From NCBI GenBank assembly GCA_963841015.1, contig CAWJAX010000003.1, positions 224,001-288,000 of the forward strand: 64,000 nucleotides of DNA, written 5' to 3'. Numbering within the stretch: position 1 is the first letter of the stretch; each line of letters starts with the position of its first letter. Shown piece after piece: positions 9,990-19,969 of the stretch. Both the position numbers and the translations under genes were made by a program. The notes below the pieces were generated by a model. It worked only from the letters and a program-made list of their open reading frames with translations, did no database searches and was not told the DNA's origin. The stretch is from an uncultured Methanoregulaceae archaeon. Lineage in GTDB: Archaea; Halobacteriota; Methanomicrobia; Methanomicrobiales; Methanospirillaceae.

Positions 9990-11432
9990 GTGGAGTTTAA
10001 CAACAAGGTATTAATCATTGGATATGGTGCGGTAGCAAAATGTACACTACCAATACTGCTCCGGCATGTAACGATACCCCTTGAAAATATCACCATAATT
10101 GATTTTAAGGATAAAGCGCAGGATCTGAAAGCGTGGACATCCGGCGGGCTCCGGTTTTTCAAGAGAAAAGTCACACCGGATAACCTTGACCAGGTTTTGT
10201 CTGATTATCTTTCACCAGGAGGTCTCGTGATTGATCTTGCCTGGAATATCGACTGCTGTGAGCTGGTGCAGTGGTGCCATGATCATACTGTCCTGTACGT
10301 GAATACCTCCGTGGAAGCCTGGGATCCTGACGCGGATAAGTTTACCGCAAGCCCCTATGAAAAAACCCTGTATTACCGGCAGATGAGGCTTCATGAACTG
10401 ACAAAAGACTGGCATGATGGTGCCACTTCTGTCGTTGATCATGGTGCAAATCCCGGCCTTATCTCACACTTTGCCCGTCAGGGACTTGTTGATATCGCGC
10501 GCCAGATGATTGCCGATGACATCGCGCCGGAACCGGACCTCGTGGAAGATCATATCCGCAATAAGAATTTTGCTGCACTTGCCATGGAGACCGGTATAAA
10601 AGTTATTCACTGTTCAGAAAGGGACACCCAGATCTCCCGGTCACCTAAAAATGTCGATGAGTTTGTGGGAACCTGGTGTATTGAAGGGCTCAGGGAAGAA
10701 GGCACCGCTCCGGCGGAGATTGGGTGGGGGACGCATGAAAAAGAGCTTCCCGAACAGGCGTATGTACCTCCCGTTGGGCCAAAGAACGAGATTCTGCTCG
10801 CACGGATGGGTATCAATACCTGGGTCCGGTCCTGGCTTCCTCACCACGAAATCGTCGGCATGGTCATCCGTCACGGAGAGGCATTTGGCATATCAGACCG
10901 GTGGACGGTCTGGAAGGACGGAGTGGCAATCTACCGGCCGACTGTTCATTACGCATATTTACCCTGTGATGCGACCATTGCTTCACTCCATGAGCTGCGG
11001 GGAAGAAATTACGAACTGCAGCCAAAACTACGGATTCTGAACGACAGGGAGATTATTTCCGGATCAGATATACTGGGGGCCCTCCTAATGGGTCATCCCT
11101 ACAATTCCTGGTGGACCGGCAGTATCCTTTCTATTGAGGAAGCAAAGACCCTTGCCCCCGGCCAGAATGCAACCACGGTCCAGGTCGGGCTGGGAGTGGT
11201 CAGTGCTGTTATGTGGATGATACAAAACCCCAGGAAGGGTTTCTGCCTTCCTGACGATCTGCCCCATGAGTGCGTACTGGATATTGCAAAGCCATACCTG
11301 GGTGAATTCTATTCCGGTCCATCCGACTGGACCCCGTTGAAAAACAGGAAGGTTTACTTCAAGGAGAACGTGGAGAATCATTATGACTATGACGATGTCT
11401 GGCAATTCAAAAACTTCTTATTTGTGCGATGA
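9990..11432 (+). CDS. hss: Homospermidine synthase
   Basis: IIGYGAV Rossmann fold, YVNTSVEAW, HGANPGLISHF, HCSERDTQ, HGEA, YRPTVHYAY, QNATTVQV. Confidence 0.9.
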   Translation: MEFNNKVLIIGYGAVAKCTLPILLRHVTIPLENITIIDFKDKAQDLKAWTSGGLRFFKRKVTPDNLDQVLSDYLSPGGLVIDLAWNIDCCELVQWCHDHTVLYVNTSVEAWDPDADKFTASPYEKTLYYRQMRLHELTKDWHDGATSVVDHGANPGLISHFARQGLVDIARQMIADDIAPEPDLVEDHIRNKNFAALAMETGIKVIHCSERDTQISRSPKNVDEFVGTWCIEGLREEGTAPAEIGWGTHEKELPEQAYVPPVGPKNEILLARMGINTWVRSWLPHHEIVGMVIRHGEAFGISDRWTVWKDGVAIYRPTVHYAYLPCDATIASLHELRGRNYELQPKLRILNDREIISGSDILGALLMGHPYNSWWTGSILSIEEAKTLAPGQNATTVQVGLGVVSAVMWMIQNPRKGFCLPDDLPHECVLDIAKPYLGEFYSGPSDWTPLKNRKVYFKENVENHYDYDDVWQFKNFLFVR

Positions 11433-11466
11433 ATCACTCTTGTACTGACAAAGGTGGGAAAGACTC

Positions 11467-12660
11467 ATGAAAAAGGAACCAAGCATAAAGGAACATGATG
11501 ACGGGGTCCCGCATATCGGGAAAGCGAGGAAGGAACTGCTGCAGAAACTGGCACGCCAGGAGGGCACCCCCATTTTTGTGATTGACCATGAGAAAATTCG
11601 CTCGAATTACCGGGAATTTAAAAAGGTCCTGCCAAAAATCCAGGTGTATTACGCGGTAAAGGCAAATTCAAACCCGGAGATCGTCAGGACGCTCTACGAG
11701 ATGGGATCCAGCTTTGATGTTGCATCCATGCCTGAATTCATGATTGTCTATGAAAATATCAAAAAAATGCCAAAAAAAGAGCGGCAGGCCTGGATTTGGG
11801 ATAAGATCATCTACGCAAATACCATCAAACCGATAGAAACCCTTGAAGCCCTCGATCAATACAACCCGCTTGTCACGTTCGATAACAGCGAAGAACTCAA
11901 AAAACTCAAACAGCATGCCCCCCATGCCGGCCTGGTCCTGCGGATACGGGTTCCCAATACCGGTTCCATGGTAGAACTCTCTTCAAAGTTCGGGGCTCAC
12001 CCAGGAGAAGCAGTTGATCTGATTTCCAAAGCTTTTGACATGGGCCTTGTCGTCGAAGGACTAAGCTTCCATGTAGGCAGCCAGTGCACCAATTTTGAGA
12101 ATTATGTGCAGGCTTTACAGTTGTCTGCAGATATTATCAAAGAGACAGAAACGAGGACCGGCCGGAAGATCAGGATTCTTGATATCGGGGGTGGTTTTCC
12201 TGTCAAGTATCACCCGGAAGTTAAATCCGTCCGGACGCTTGCCAAAAAACTGGATGCAGAAATCAAGCGCTTGTTCCCTCCCGATATGGAAATTCTCGCA
12301 GAACCGGGAAGGTTCCTGGTGGCAAATGCATGTATGCTGGTTGCCAAAGTGGTCGGGAAGGCGTTCCGTGACGGCAAGCCCTGCTATTATATCAATGACG
12401 GGGTCTATCACACCTATTCGGGCCAGGTTTTTGACCACGTTACCTACCCTGTCATGTCTTTTCAGGATGGTGAAACCCAGATCTCAGCCGTGTTCGGACC
12501 CACCTGCGATGCCTTTGATACAATTACCCTCTCTGCAGACCTGCCGGATCTTGAAATCGGAGATTTGGTCTATTCAGAAAATATCGGGGCCTATTCCCAT
12601 GCCTCATCCACCTACTTTAACGGGTTCCCCCCGGCAAAAGTGGTACATATTAACCGGTAA
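11467..12660 (+). CDS. Ornithine/lysine decarboxylase (type III PLP, alanine-racemase fold)
   Basis: YAVKAN, FDVAS, SFHVGSQC, LDIGGGFP, EPGRF, FGPTCDAFD, GAYS; directly downstream of hss. Confidence 0.9.
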   Translation: MKKEPSIKEHDDGVPHIGKARKELLQKLARQEGTPIFVIDHEKIRSNYREFKKVLPKIQVYYAVKANSNPEIVRTLYEMGSSFDVASMPEFMIVYENIKKMPKKERQAWIWDKIIYANTIKPIETLEALDQYNPLVTFDNSEELKKLKQHAPHAGLVLRIRVPNTGSMVELSSKFGAHPGEAVDLISKAFDMGLVVEGLSFHVGSQCTNFENYVQALQLSADIIKETETRTGRKIRILDIGGGFPVKYHPEVKSVRTLAKKLDAEIKRLFPPDMEILAEPGRFLVANACMLVAKVVGKAFRDGKPCYYINDGVYHTYSGQVFDHVTYPVMSFQDGETQISAVFGPTCDAFDTITLSADLPDLEIGDLVYSENIGAYSHASSTYFNGFPPAKVVHINR

Positions 12661-12669
12661 TTTTTTTTT
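12661..12669 (+). terminator. Oligo-T archaeal terminator after the decarboxylase gene
   Basis: T9 run immediately after the stop codon. Confidence 0.5.
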
Positions 12670-12846
12670 GAAACAGGCAATACCAGTGTAGTACTGCGTC
12701 AATCCAGTTGCAGCATATCGCCGGGACCGCTCTTGTCTATAAAAAAAAGGCCTTGGGAATCGGTGAGGTAGAAGGCAATATTTTGGGTTCCTCAAATTCT
12801 ATCGGGTCAGGACTTTATGCCAAAGTCCATTTCGCTATTCGCAAAT

Positions 12847-14619
12847 CTATTGATACAGACTTTTATGACGGGATTTCAGCTCGTCAACATCCATCTTGAT
12901 TACCTCGCGATCGTACGTCACCAGGCCATTGACCTCAGTCTCCACATCCGTTGTCTGTGTATAGACCGCAGCAGAAAGGCCCCGGGCAACCAGTGGACGA
13001 AGTCTGTTCAGTAACTCCCCATAGGCTGCTGTCAGCTCCTGGCTGTTTTTGCAGCTGCGATAGCCCCAGTTCTTTTTTTCCTGCCAGATATGCCCTGCAA
13101 CAGGAAGACCAAGGCCGCCAAATTCACCCAGCACCCCGGCACGTTTTTCTTCCATGTCCGGCATTTCCGGGCCGGGATACACATGAATATCCTTTACGCC
13201 ACCAACACCTTTGTCCGTCCACCCGCTCGCGTTATTGACTAAGCGGGTCGGATCCGCATCTTCGGTCATTTTGACGATACGAGCCGTATCAAACTGTCCC
13301 CAGCCTTCATTGAAGGGAATCCACATGACGATACTGGGGTGATTATAGAACGCACGGATAATACTCTTCCATTCCTTCTCAAACTGAGCGGCGGATTTTT
13401 GGGTTCGCCGCCTGAATACAGGGTTATTGTCGCCACCGGGCATATCCTGCCAGACAAGGATGCCGAGCATATCACACCAGTAATAAAGCCGTGCGGGTTC
13501 CACTTTACCATGCTTTCGCAGCATATTCATGCCAATATTTTTGAGCAGAACCACATCCGATTTCAGTGCCTCATCACCAGGTGCAGTATAAAGACCATCC
13601 GGCCACCATCCCTGGTCCAGCAGGCCGTACTGAAACAGGAACTGGTTATTGAGCATGATTCGCAGGATGCCCCGGTCATCTTTGGCAAGACTGATTTTCC
13701 GCATTCCAAAATAACTGCCAACTTCATCAATGACAGTGTCTCCTTTTTTGATCTGCACCTTCAGGTCATAGAGAAAGGGAGAATCCGGTGACCACAGTTG
13801 TTGATCGATGATATCCAAGACGAGCTTGTTATCAGTAGAAGCGGCCGAAGCAGAAAAGCCTGAAGCCCTGGCATCGGCATGATATGACAGGCTTTCAGTT
13901 ACGCCATTCACGTCTATAACGACCGTCACCTTCGCTGTATCCACATCCGGAATAAACCTTATGGTATCAATATACGTCCGGGGAACCGGTTCCAGCCAGA
14001 TTGTCTGCCAGATGCCGGTCACCGCGGTATACCATATCCCGTGGGGATTATAACATTGTTTGCCAACCGGTTGCTTTCCTTTGTTCGTTGGATCCCAGAC
14101 ACTGACTACCAGCTCCTGAGGACCTGTCGTTTTCAGCGCATCGGTAATAGCAAAACTGAAGGGATCATAACCCCCCTGGTGATTGCCCAGCAGCGTTCCG
14201 TTGACAAAGACATCGCAATCCCAGTCGACTGCCCCGCAATGCAGGAGAATGGTTTTGCCGTTCCACGACGCCGGGATGGTAAATGTTCTGCGGTACCACA
14301 GTTTATTCTTCTCACCGACTTTCTTACCGACTCCGGAAAGCGCCGATTCCACCGCAAATGGAACCAGGATTTTACCCTGAAATTGTCCCGGTATGGGCTG
14401 AGTTTTATCCACAATGGCATAATCCCACAAACCATTCAGATTACACCAGTCGCTCCGGACCATCTGGGGGCGGGGATATTCCGGCAGAACCTTTTTTGGA
14501 TTGATGTGCCCGGCCCAACGGGTCATAATTCTTCCTTCAACAGGCCTGTATTCAGGAGTTACCTCTGCTGATAAACCGCATGAAACAGAAAGCATCGAAG
14601 TTACTACCCTTCTTACCAT
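12847..14619 (-). CDS. Glycoside hydrolase family 2 (beta-galactosidase-like)
   Basis: EYPRPQ, NLNGLW, TGIWQTIWLE, LDQGWWPDG, acid/base FNEGWG and nucleophile LGEFGG. Confidence 0.9.
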   Translation of the reverse strand: MVRRVVTSMLSVSCGLSAEVTPEYRPVEGRIMTRWAGHINPKKVLPEYPRPQMVRSDWCNLNGLWDYAIVDKTQPIPGQFQGKILVPFAVESALSGVGKKVGEKNKLWYRRTFTIPASWNGKTILLHCGAVDWDCDVFVNGTLLGNHQGGYDPFSFAITDALKTTGPQELVVSVWDPTNKGKQPVGKQCYNPHGIWYTAVTGIWQTIWLEPVPRTYIDTIRFIPDVDTAKVTVVIDVNGVTESLSYHADARASGFSASAASTDNKLVLDIIDQQLWSPDSPFLYDLKVQIKKGDTVIDEVGSYFGMRKISLAKDDRGILRIMLNNQFLFQYGLLDQGWWPDGLYTAPGDEALKSDVVLLKNIGMNMLRKHGKVEPARLYYWCDMLGILVWQDMPGGDNNPVFRRRTQKSAAQFEKEWKSIIRAFYNHPSIVMWIPFNEGWGQFDTARIVKMTEDADPTRLVNNASGWTDKGVGGVKDIHVYPGPEMPDMEEKRAGVLGEFGGLGLPVAGHIWQEKKNWGYRSCKNSQELTAAYGELLNRLRPLVARGLSAAVYTQTTDVETEVNGLVTYDREVIKMDVDELKSRHKSLYQ

Positions 14620-14690
14620 ACTTATTCATGTCTTGTTACATGAGGCTAACTTCCAATGTGGCCTTTATCTCAAAAATCATCCACAGAAAA

Positions 14691-14811
14691 CCATGCCGCC
14701 CCTACGCTGAGCGATGATGACGTAGCACCTGTTCAGGAGTTATCGCATCGGGGGAGCCACAGCAGCGGGGGTGAAACGCCTTTGAGCGTTTAGCTTGAAA
14801 TTGAGCATTTC
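14691..14811 (-). mobile_element. Partial copy of MITE family A (reverse orientation)
   Basis: Reverse complement aligns with 55632-55752 (aaatgctcaatt..caagctaaacgctcaa..gctgtggctcccccgatgcgataactcc..ggtgctacgtcatcatcgctcag..ggggcggcatgg). Confidence 0.85.
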
Positions 14812-14871
14812 CCATGAAAATTGAACTATTCAGTTATAATACGAGATTTTTTTTCATACTGCTCCATGTAC

Positions 14872-14973
14872 GATGATCGCCGCCGCCCCCGAAAGGTCGC
14901 CCCCGCGGCGGATCAGTAACGAACAATTCAAAAAAATCCTGCCTGCCGTGCCTCGAAGAGGCCCCGAGGCGGG
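14872..14973 (+). repeat. Hairpin repeat family B, copy 1
   Basis: cctgcctgccgtgcctcgaagaggccccgaggcggg (14938-14973) is nearly identical to 52049-52086; both are preceded by atga..cgccgccgc. Confidence 0.7.
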
Positions 14974-15084
14974 TTTCCATCGCATATATTACGATTTTCA
15001 TGGTTCGGGAGTAAACTCCCGTTCATGTCTGTTTCTCCAGAGCAATTTTTTTTTATTTTTTCAGAACCCCCCCGATCATCTTTT

Positions 15085-15480
15085 TTACGGGGCTGTATTC
15101 CGGCAGGCCGGACAATTCAGTGCATAGTCACGAATGCCCTCGTTCCATGGTGTAAACCCGATACAGACTTTCGGTTTTGTATCATGAATTTTGCAATAGA
15201 CTTTCCCATCATCCGCCCTCAAAAAGAACGGGCAGTGAGTTAATGCTCTGCCATCTGGATCTACCCAGTAGTCAATACGGGTGATATCGGACAGATCCCG
15301 TTGGGAAATATCCCTTCCATTACACCGTTTTTTGCCGGTCAGCGTTAGGGAAACGTGCTGCAGGATATCCTGCCGGTTTGCCTGTATCCACGGAATGATA
15401 TCTTCAAGAACACCCTTCTGGCCCCATCCCCACTTCTCACAGCATCGGCCGCATTGAGTGCAGGACTGTTCTGAAGACAC
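15085..15480 (-). CDS. YkgJ family cysteine-cluster (CxxCxxCC) protein
   Basis: CTQCGRCC, CPFF, CKIHDTKPKVC. Confidence 0.85.
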   Translation of the reverse strand: MSSEQSCTQCGRCCEKWGWGQKGVLEDIIPWIQANRQDILQHVSLTLTGKKRCNGRDISQRDLSDITRIDYWVDPDGRALTHCPFFLRADDGKVYCKIHDTKPKVCIGFTPWNEGIRDYALNCPACRNTAP

Positions 15481-15786
15481 GCGTATGCTCCGGTTCCTCT
15501 GTTGGATGTACTCCTAGTTAGTCATTATTTTTTTACTCTGACAATGAGATCATGCCAAGGTTAAAAAAAATTGTTGAATAAAAACCGTTTAACCAACCTT
15601 ACGCAGGACAAACTAACGGTGCTCTCTTTCGGATTCAATACCTCTGAAATCCCGGTTTTTTATTCCTGGTTCTTTCGTATGGGACCTCCACGGGCGAATG
15701 AGAGGAAAAACCTCAGGTGTGCTATACCTTATGTGCTTGAATGGTCATTTACTATAGAGATTTACGATACATTCATGAGGTACCCA

Positions 15787-17412
15787 ATGAATCACATCTA
15801 TCTTTTTGGCCACCGGCAGCCGGATACGGACAGCATTGCAAGTGTCATAGGGTACGCGGATTTTAAAAACCGTTCCGAACCGGGCAGGTACATTCCGGCC
15901 CGCTGTGGTGAACTGAATCCGGAATCCCGTTTCATGCTCGGACGGTTCAACCTTCCCGAACCAGTGCTGATATCTTCCGTAAAACCCAGGCTCTCGGACA
16001 TCAGCTATAAACCGGTCTTTTCACTTCCACAGGATGTCCCTGCCGTTGATGTGGCAACCCTGATGGTAAAAGAAGGGATCCGGAACGTTGTCATCACCGA
16101 TAGTGCAGGAAAACCGGTCGGGATGGTTGGAGAACATGCCCTTTCCGGCTCATATATCCAGAAGATTCATCTTGCCGAGCTTGCAGTAACCCCGCTACCG
16201 GTTGAATCTCTTGCCCGGATACTGAATGCAACCATTATCGTGTCCGGTCGGAAGGTTCTTGAAGGGCGTGTATATATCGCAATCGATGCTCTTCACGTCA
16301 CGCTGGGCAAGATGACCGCAAAAGACATCGCTGTTGTCGGTGATAACGAACCAGCCCAGCTCGCGCTCATCTCTGCGGGAATTGCCTGCCTGATTATTGC
16401 AAACGGTGCCCCGGTCGGGAAACGCGTTGCCACAGCTGCTGAAGAACGTGGGGTATGTGTCCTTTCTACTCCACTCGATGCCTTTGGGGTTGGCAGGATG
16501 ATCAACCTCTCCCTGCCAGCCCGGGAAGTGATGGAGATCAATGTTCCGGTTCTCACGTTTACCGATACGATCACCCACGCCCGGCAGGTTGTCTCTGCTT
16601 CAAAATTCCGTGCAGCATGTATTGTCGCTCCTGATGGGACACTTGCCGGAATCCTGACACGGACAACCCTGCTTGAAGATGTGCGGAGATCGGTGATTCT
16701 CCTTGACCACAACGAAGCTTCCCAGGCAGTTGATGGGATTGAAGAAGCTGATATTGTCGAGATTATCGACCATCACCGGCTTGGAGCAATAACCACGTTA
16801 AAACCGATACGGTTCTTCAATGACCCTGTCGGTGCGACATCGACCATCATAGCCATGAAATTCATGGAATCCGGACTGACACCCTCACGGGGGGTTGCAG
16901 GCGCACTCCTCTCAGGCATCCTGTCAGATACCCTTTCCCTGCGCATGTCGACCACGACGCACCATGATAGAAAAGCCGTGAACTACTTATCCCCGATTGC
17001 CGGTGAAAATCCAGACCAGTTGGGTACCGCTCTTCTCGAACAGGGAATGGATCTTTCAGGAACCCCGTTGAGTGTAATCCTCGCCCGTGACACCAAGGAC
17101 TATATACTTTCTGCAAAAAAAGTAGTGATTTCTCAGGTAATGGTACCTTCATTTTCCTGGAACCAGGAGCGGGAGGAAGCAGTCCGTGCAGAGCTTACAC
17201 ACATGAGAATAGCTTCGGGTTCAGATATGGTGCTGGTACTCTTTACCAGTGTACGGGAAAAGTCAAGTGATCTTCATGGCATAGCCGATCCTGATCTCAT
17301 CCGGGATATCTTCGGAGAAGACCTGCCGGTCAGGCTTGAGGGAGTCATGTCACGGAAATTAGATTTCCTTCCCTGGCTCGGGGCCCGGCTCAAGGGGAAT
17401 CCCCGTTCCTGA
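15787..17412 (+). CDS. ppaC: Mn-dependent (family II) inorganic pyrophosphatase with CBS and DRTGG domains
   Basis: GHRQPDTDS, CBS pair with DRTGG insert, LDHNE, IIDHH, GILSDT, SRK; start placed at MNHIYLFG. Confidence 0.9.
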   Translation: MNHIYLFGHRQPDTDSIASVIGYADFKNRSEPGRYIPARCGELNPESRFMLGRFNLPEPVLISSVKPRLSDISYKPVFSLPQDVPAVDVATLMVKEGIRNVVITDSAGKPVGMVGEHALSGSYIQKIHLAELAVTPLPVESLARILNATIIVSGRKVLEGRVYIAIDALHVTLGKMTAKDIAVVGDNEPAQLALISAGIACLIIANGAPVGKRVATAAEERGVCVLSTPLDAFGVGRMINLSLPAREVMEINVPVLTFTDTITHARQVVSASKFRAACIVAPDGTLAGILTRTTLLEDVRRSVILLDHNEASQAVDGIEEADIVEIIDHHRLGAITTLKPIRFFNDPVGATSTIIAMKFMESGLTPSRGVAGALLSGILSDTLSLRMSTTTHHDRKAVNYLSPIAGENPDQLGTALLEQGMDLSGTPLSVILARDTKDYILSAKKVVISQVMVPSFSWNQEREEAVRAELTHMRIASGSDMVLVLFTSVREKSSDLHGIADPDLIRDIFGEDLPVRLEGVMSRKLDFLPWLGARLKGNPRS

Positions 17413-17433
17413 AAGTGACAACCCGAAGTGTGA

Positions 17434-18396
17434 TCAGGTATTTCGGGTAATCGCGGTTACTATGTTGTCTGTCTTTCGCTGAATTCTCCTCAGGTAAGAC
17501 ATCAATCGGGATTTACGATGAAAAAACAGAATTGAAAACGGGTGAGCAATATCGCGTTTTTTTATGAAAACAGCCCAAATACCGTTGAAAAAAAAACAGG
17601 GGTGATGCCCTTTCCGGCGTTCAGCAAAGGATATCTCACTGCTTTTTTTCCTGCCTTGATCCTCCTCATGAGACTCCTCCAAAGTGCAATCCCCCTCCGG
17701 GATGACGTCAATACGGATGTCATCTTTTGAATCTGATGGTGTATCAGATGATGTATGCCTTTTTCCGGTAAATGCAAACCTGCCGGGGTTCGTCCTGGAT
17801 CCATCACGGGAAGGAGCAACACCCTGGTCCGTTCTCTCCATTTCCCCCTCCCTCCGTTCAGTAAATATCAGGAACTGCAGGAAGGCTTCCGGTTCACGGA
17901 AAACGGATGCATCGATACCTTCAAACACGAGAGTCCGGACCACCGTCCCGAACCACCCGTCTTTTCTAACCATAATAGCGTCATTGCCGCCTTCGAATAG
18001 ATAGACACGCTCAACCTCGCCATGACGCCCCCATGCAGTTTCCGCAACACCGTTACGCTCGAAGGTAAATATCTTACCAACAGCCCCGTATTGTCCACCC
18101 TCCCTGACTGCAATCTGCTCACCACCGTTCTCATACCTGAATGTGCGGGGAGACTGCCCAAACGAAAAGGTCTCTTCAAGCATTCCATAGTGATCGAAGA
18201 CGAACCTCCTGAGTATTTTTTCACGGTGGAGGGGATCGCGTTCCGTCATCATATCCGATGAAGGATCAAAGATATAGATCCTTTGGCGGTTTTTCCTGGT
18301 ATCCAGGACCTGTACACCCTCCCGTCCATACTGGTAGAACCGGGTAACAGGTCCCTGCCGTGTTCCCGCATGTTCAGTGATGACCGCATCTGCCAT
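17434..18396 (-). CDS. Hypothetical protein with internal beta-hairpin repeats
   Basis: Repeated F-E-G-G...I-x-V-R-x-x-G-x-x-G-x-V-x-R motif; last ~55 aa run through a T-tract and may be spurious. Confidence 0.6.
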   Translation of the reverse strand: MADAVITEHAGTRQGPVTRFYQYGREGVQVLDTRKNRQRIYIFDPSSDMMTERDPLHREKILRRFVFDHYGMLEETFSFGQSPRTFRYENGGEQIAVREGGQYGAVGKIFTFERNGVAETAWGRHGEVERVYLFEGGNDAIMVRKDGWFGTVVRTLVFEGIDASVFREPEAFLQFLIFTERREGEMERTDQGVAPSRDGSRTNPGRFAFTGKRHTSSDTPSDSKDDIRIDVIPEGDCTLEESHEEDQGRKKSSEISFAERRKGHHPCFFFNGIWAVFIKKRDIAHPFSILFFHRKSRLMSYLRRIQRKTDNIVTAITRNT

Positions 18397-18876
18397 TCGA
18401 ACAAATCCCCAGAAATCTCCTGGTTTTTAACGATTTTTCCTGAATCAAGAAATACTTTCTTCTCCACAGGCATCCTGAACAGCCCGAAACCGACGCCGGT
18501 AGCGCCAGGTAGTCGGGTGTAAACCCCCCTGTTTCTGCGAATGAGTTTCCTCCTCTTCCGGTTATACCATCCTCCCCAGGGTAAAAAAAACAGTTTCAAC
18601 CAATTGAACAGGTACCATCAGATCGTGTCTTCTCGTTTTATCTTCGAATTCCGGAATTACTGCGATGCGGGCAGGGAGTTAAATCACGCCAGAGGGATAA
18701 GGATTTTGTCTCCTTTGACCAGAACAGGGTACTGTTTTAAGGATTTTGGGGGTTGACGCAATGGTGCTGAATCGAAAAGGGAATAATCCAGAGAACTAAA
18801 CGAAAAAAGTTTGGGATACTACCTCATGCACGGTGGAGCAGAGGCTAGTCGTAGTGCTTAATAACTACGCTATACT

Positions 18877-19542
18877 TCAGGTCTTCACAACCCTGATATT
18901 CACGTTATATGCAGTCTCGTTGCCGGTCACCGGCTCCCATGAACGCTTGTACACAGCAGAGAATTTCTGGTCTCCGAGATCCTTTGCGATGATGACCCAG
19001 GTGCGGGTCCCACCCACGCCAACCATGCCTGAGGGTGCGTCGTTCTGATGGTAATCAGATGACTGGAGTTCAAGACCCGGTGACAGTGTTGCATTCCACA
19101 TGAAACCGGTAGTGGGATTTTCTGCCAGCACTACAGCGAACCGGGTGTTCTGGGTAATGTTTTCGGTTTTTCCGTTATCTGCTTCGGTTAACGTGAACAT
19201 TTTCTTTCCTTCAGCTGCTGGTGTCACGGTCATCGCAGGTTTGCAGCCCTCATTGCGGAAGAGCGCCCACTCTTCACAGGAAGTCCCGTTCTTAAAAGTG
19301 CACATGCCGTACTCATTGCCGGATATATCTTTTTTAATCTCAAGAGTACCCCCGGACTGGCCACAGGACACAGATGCCGGATTCGGCATTCCTATGACAG
19401 TCTGTGTAGTGGTTGGAGATTGCGTGATAGGAGGGGTTACTGCCTGCTGCGTGCAGCCACACACCAGCATTACCAGTACCAGCGTGATTCCCAGTCCGAT
19501 AAGCCCTGATTTGAATGTTCCATGACTCCTTGATGATGTCAT
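18877..19542 (-). CDS. Lipoprotein with DUF333 and chagasin (I42) protease-inhibitor domains
   Basis: VCGC lipobox; MPNPASVSC...CEEWALFR (DUF333); ENPTTGFMW, GVGG, YKRSWE (chagasin). Confidence 0.9.
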   Translation of the reverse strand: MTSSRSHGTFKSGLIGLGITLVLVMLVCGCTQQAVTPPITQSPTTTQTVIGMPNPASVSCGQSGGTLEIKKDISGNEYGMCTFKNGTSCEEWALFRNEGCKPAMTVTPAAEGKKMFTLTEADNGKTENITQNTRFAVVLAENPTTGFMWNATLSPGLELQSSDYHQNDAPSGMVGVGGTRTWVIIAKDLGDQKFSAVYKRSWEPVTGNETAYNVNIRVVKT

Positions 19543-19789
19543 AGTTACCCATTATGCTTCCGAATTCTCATAAAAATATCCTTTATTTCGAAAATTATCG
19601 CAGTTATGGTTCCTGGCAGATACCAGTAGCCGATTGCAGAGGGGTGAGGAAATGCACACGGGACCCTGAAACAAAATATGGTCGTGGGGAGATTATCCTG
19701 ATTCGTGTCGCTCCACGCGTATTGGGCTTTTATTATCACGCGTTTGCCGGGAAAAGTATGTATGAAAAGAAGAATAAAAGAAAATTACC

Positions 19790-19969
19790 ATGACGGAAAA
19801 AATGAAATGTGAGTACTGTGAAAAGGACGCTATCGGATACCAGGCATTCGGGTGCTGTTTTGCCTATGTATGTCCGGACCATGCCGATAATTTCGTTCTT
19901 GCCCTTAAGCCCGGGGAAAAACAAAGCTCTGGTGAATGTTACTTTGAACGGTTTATCGTTCCTGAATGA
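19790..19969 (+). CDS. Small Cys-rich protein (59 aa, absent from the ORF track)
   Basis: Manual translation MTEKMKCEYCEKDAIGYQAFGCCFAYVCPDHADNFVLALKPGEKQSSGECYFERFIVPE. Confidence 0.7.
   Translation: MTEKMKCEYCEKDAIGYQAFGCCFAYVCPDHADNFVLALKPGEKQSSGECYFERFIVPE

Noticed and set aside
15571-15786. N-terminal extension of ppaC in the ORF track
   Set aside because: AT-rich promoter-like sequence; family similarity starts at MNHIYLFGH
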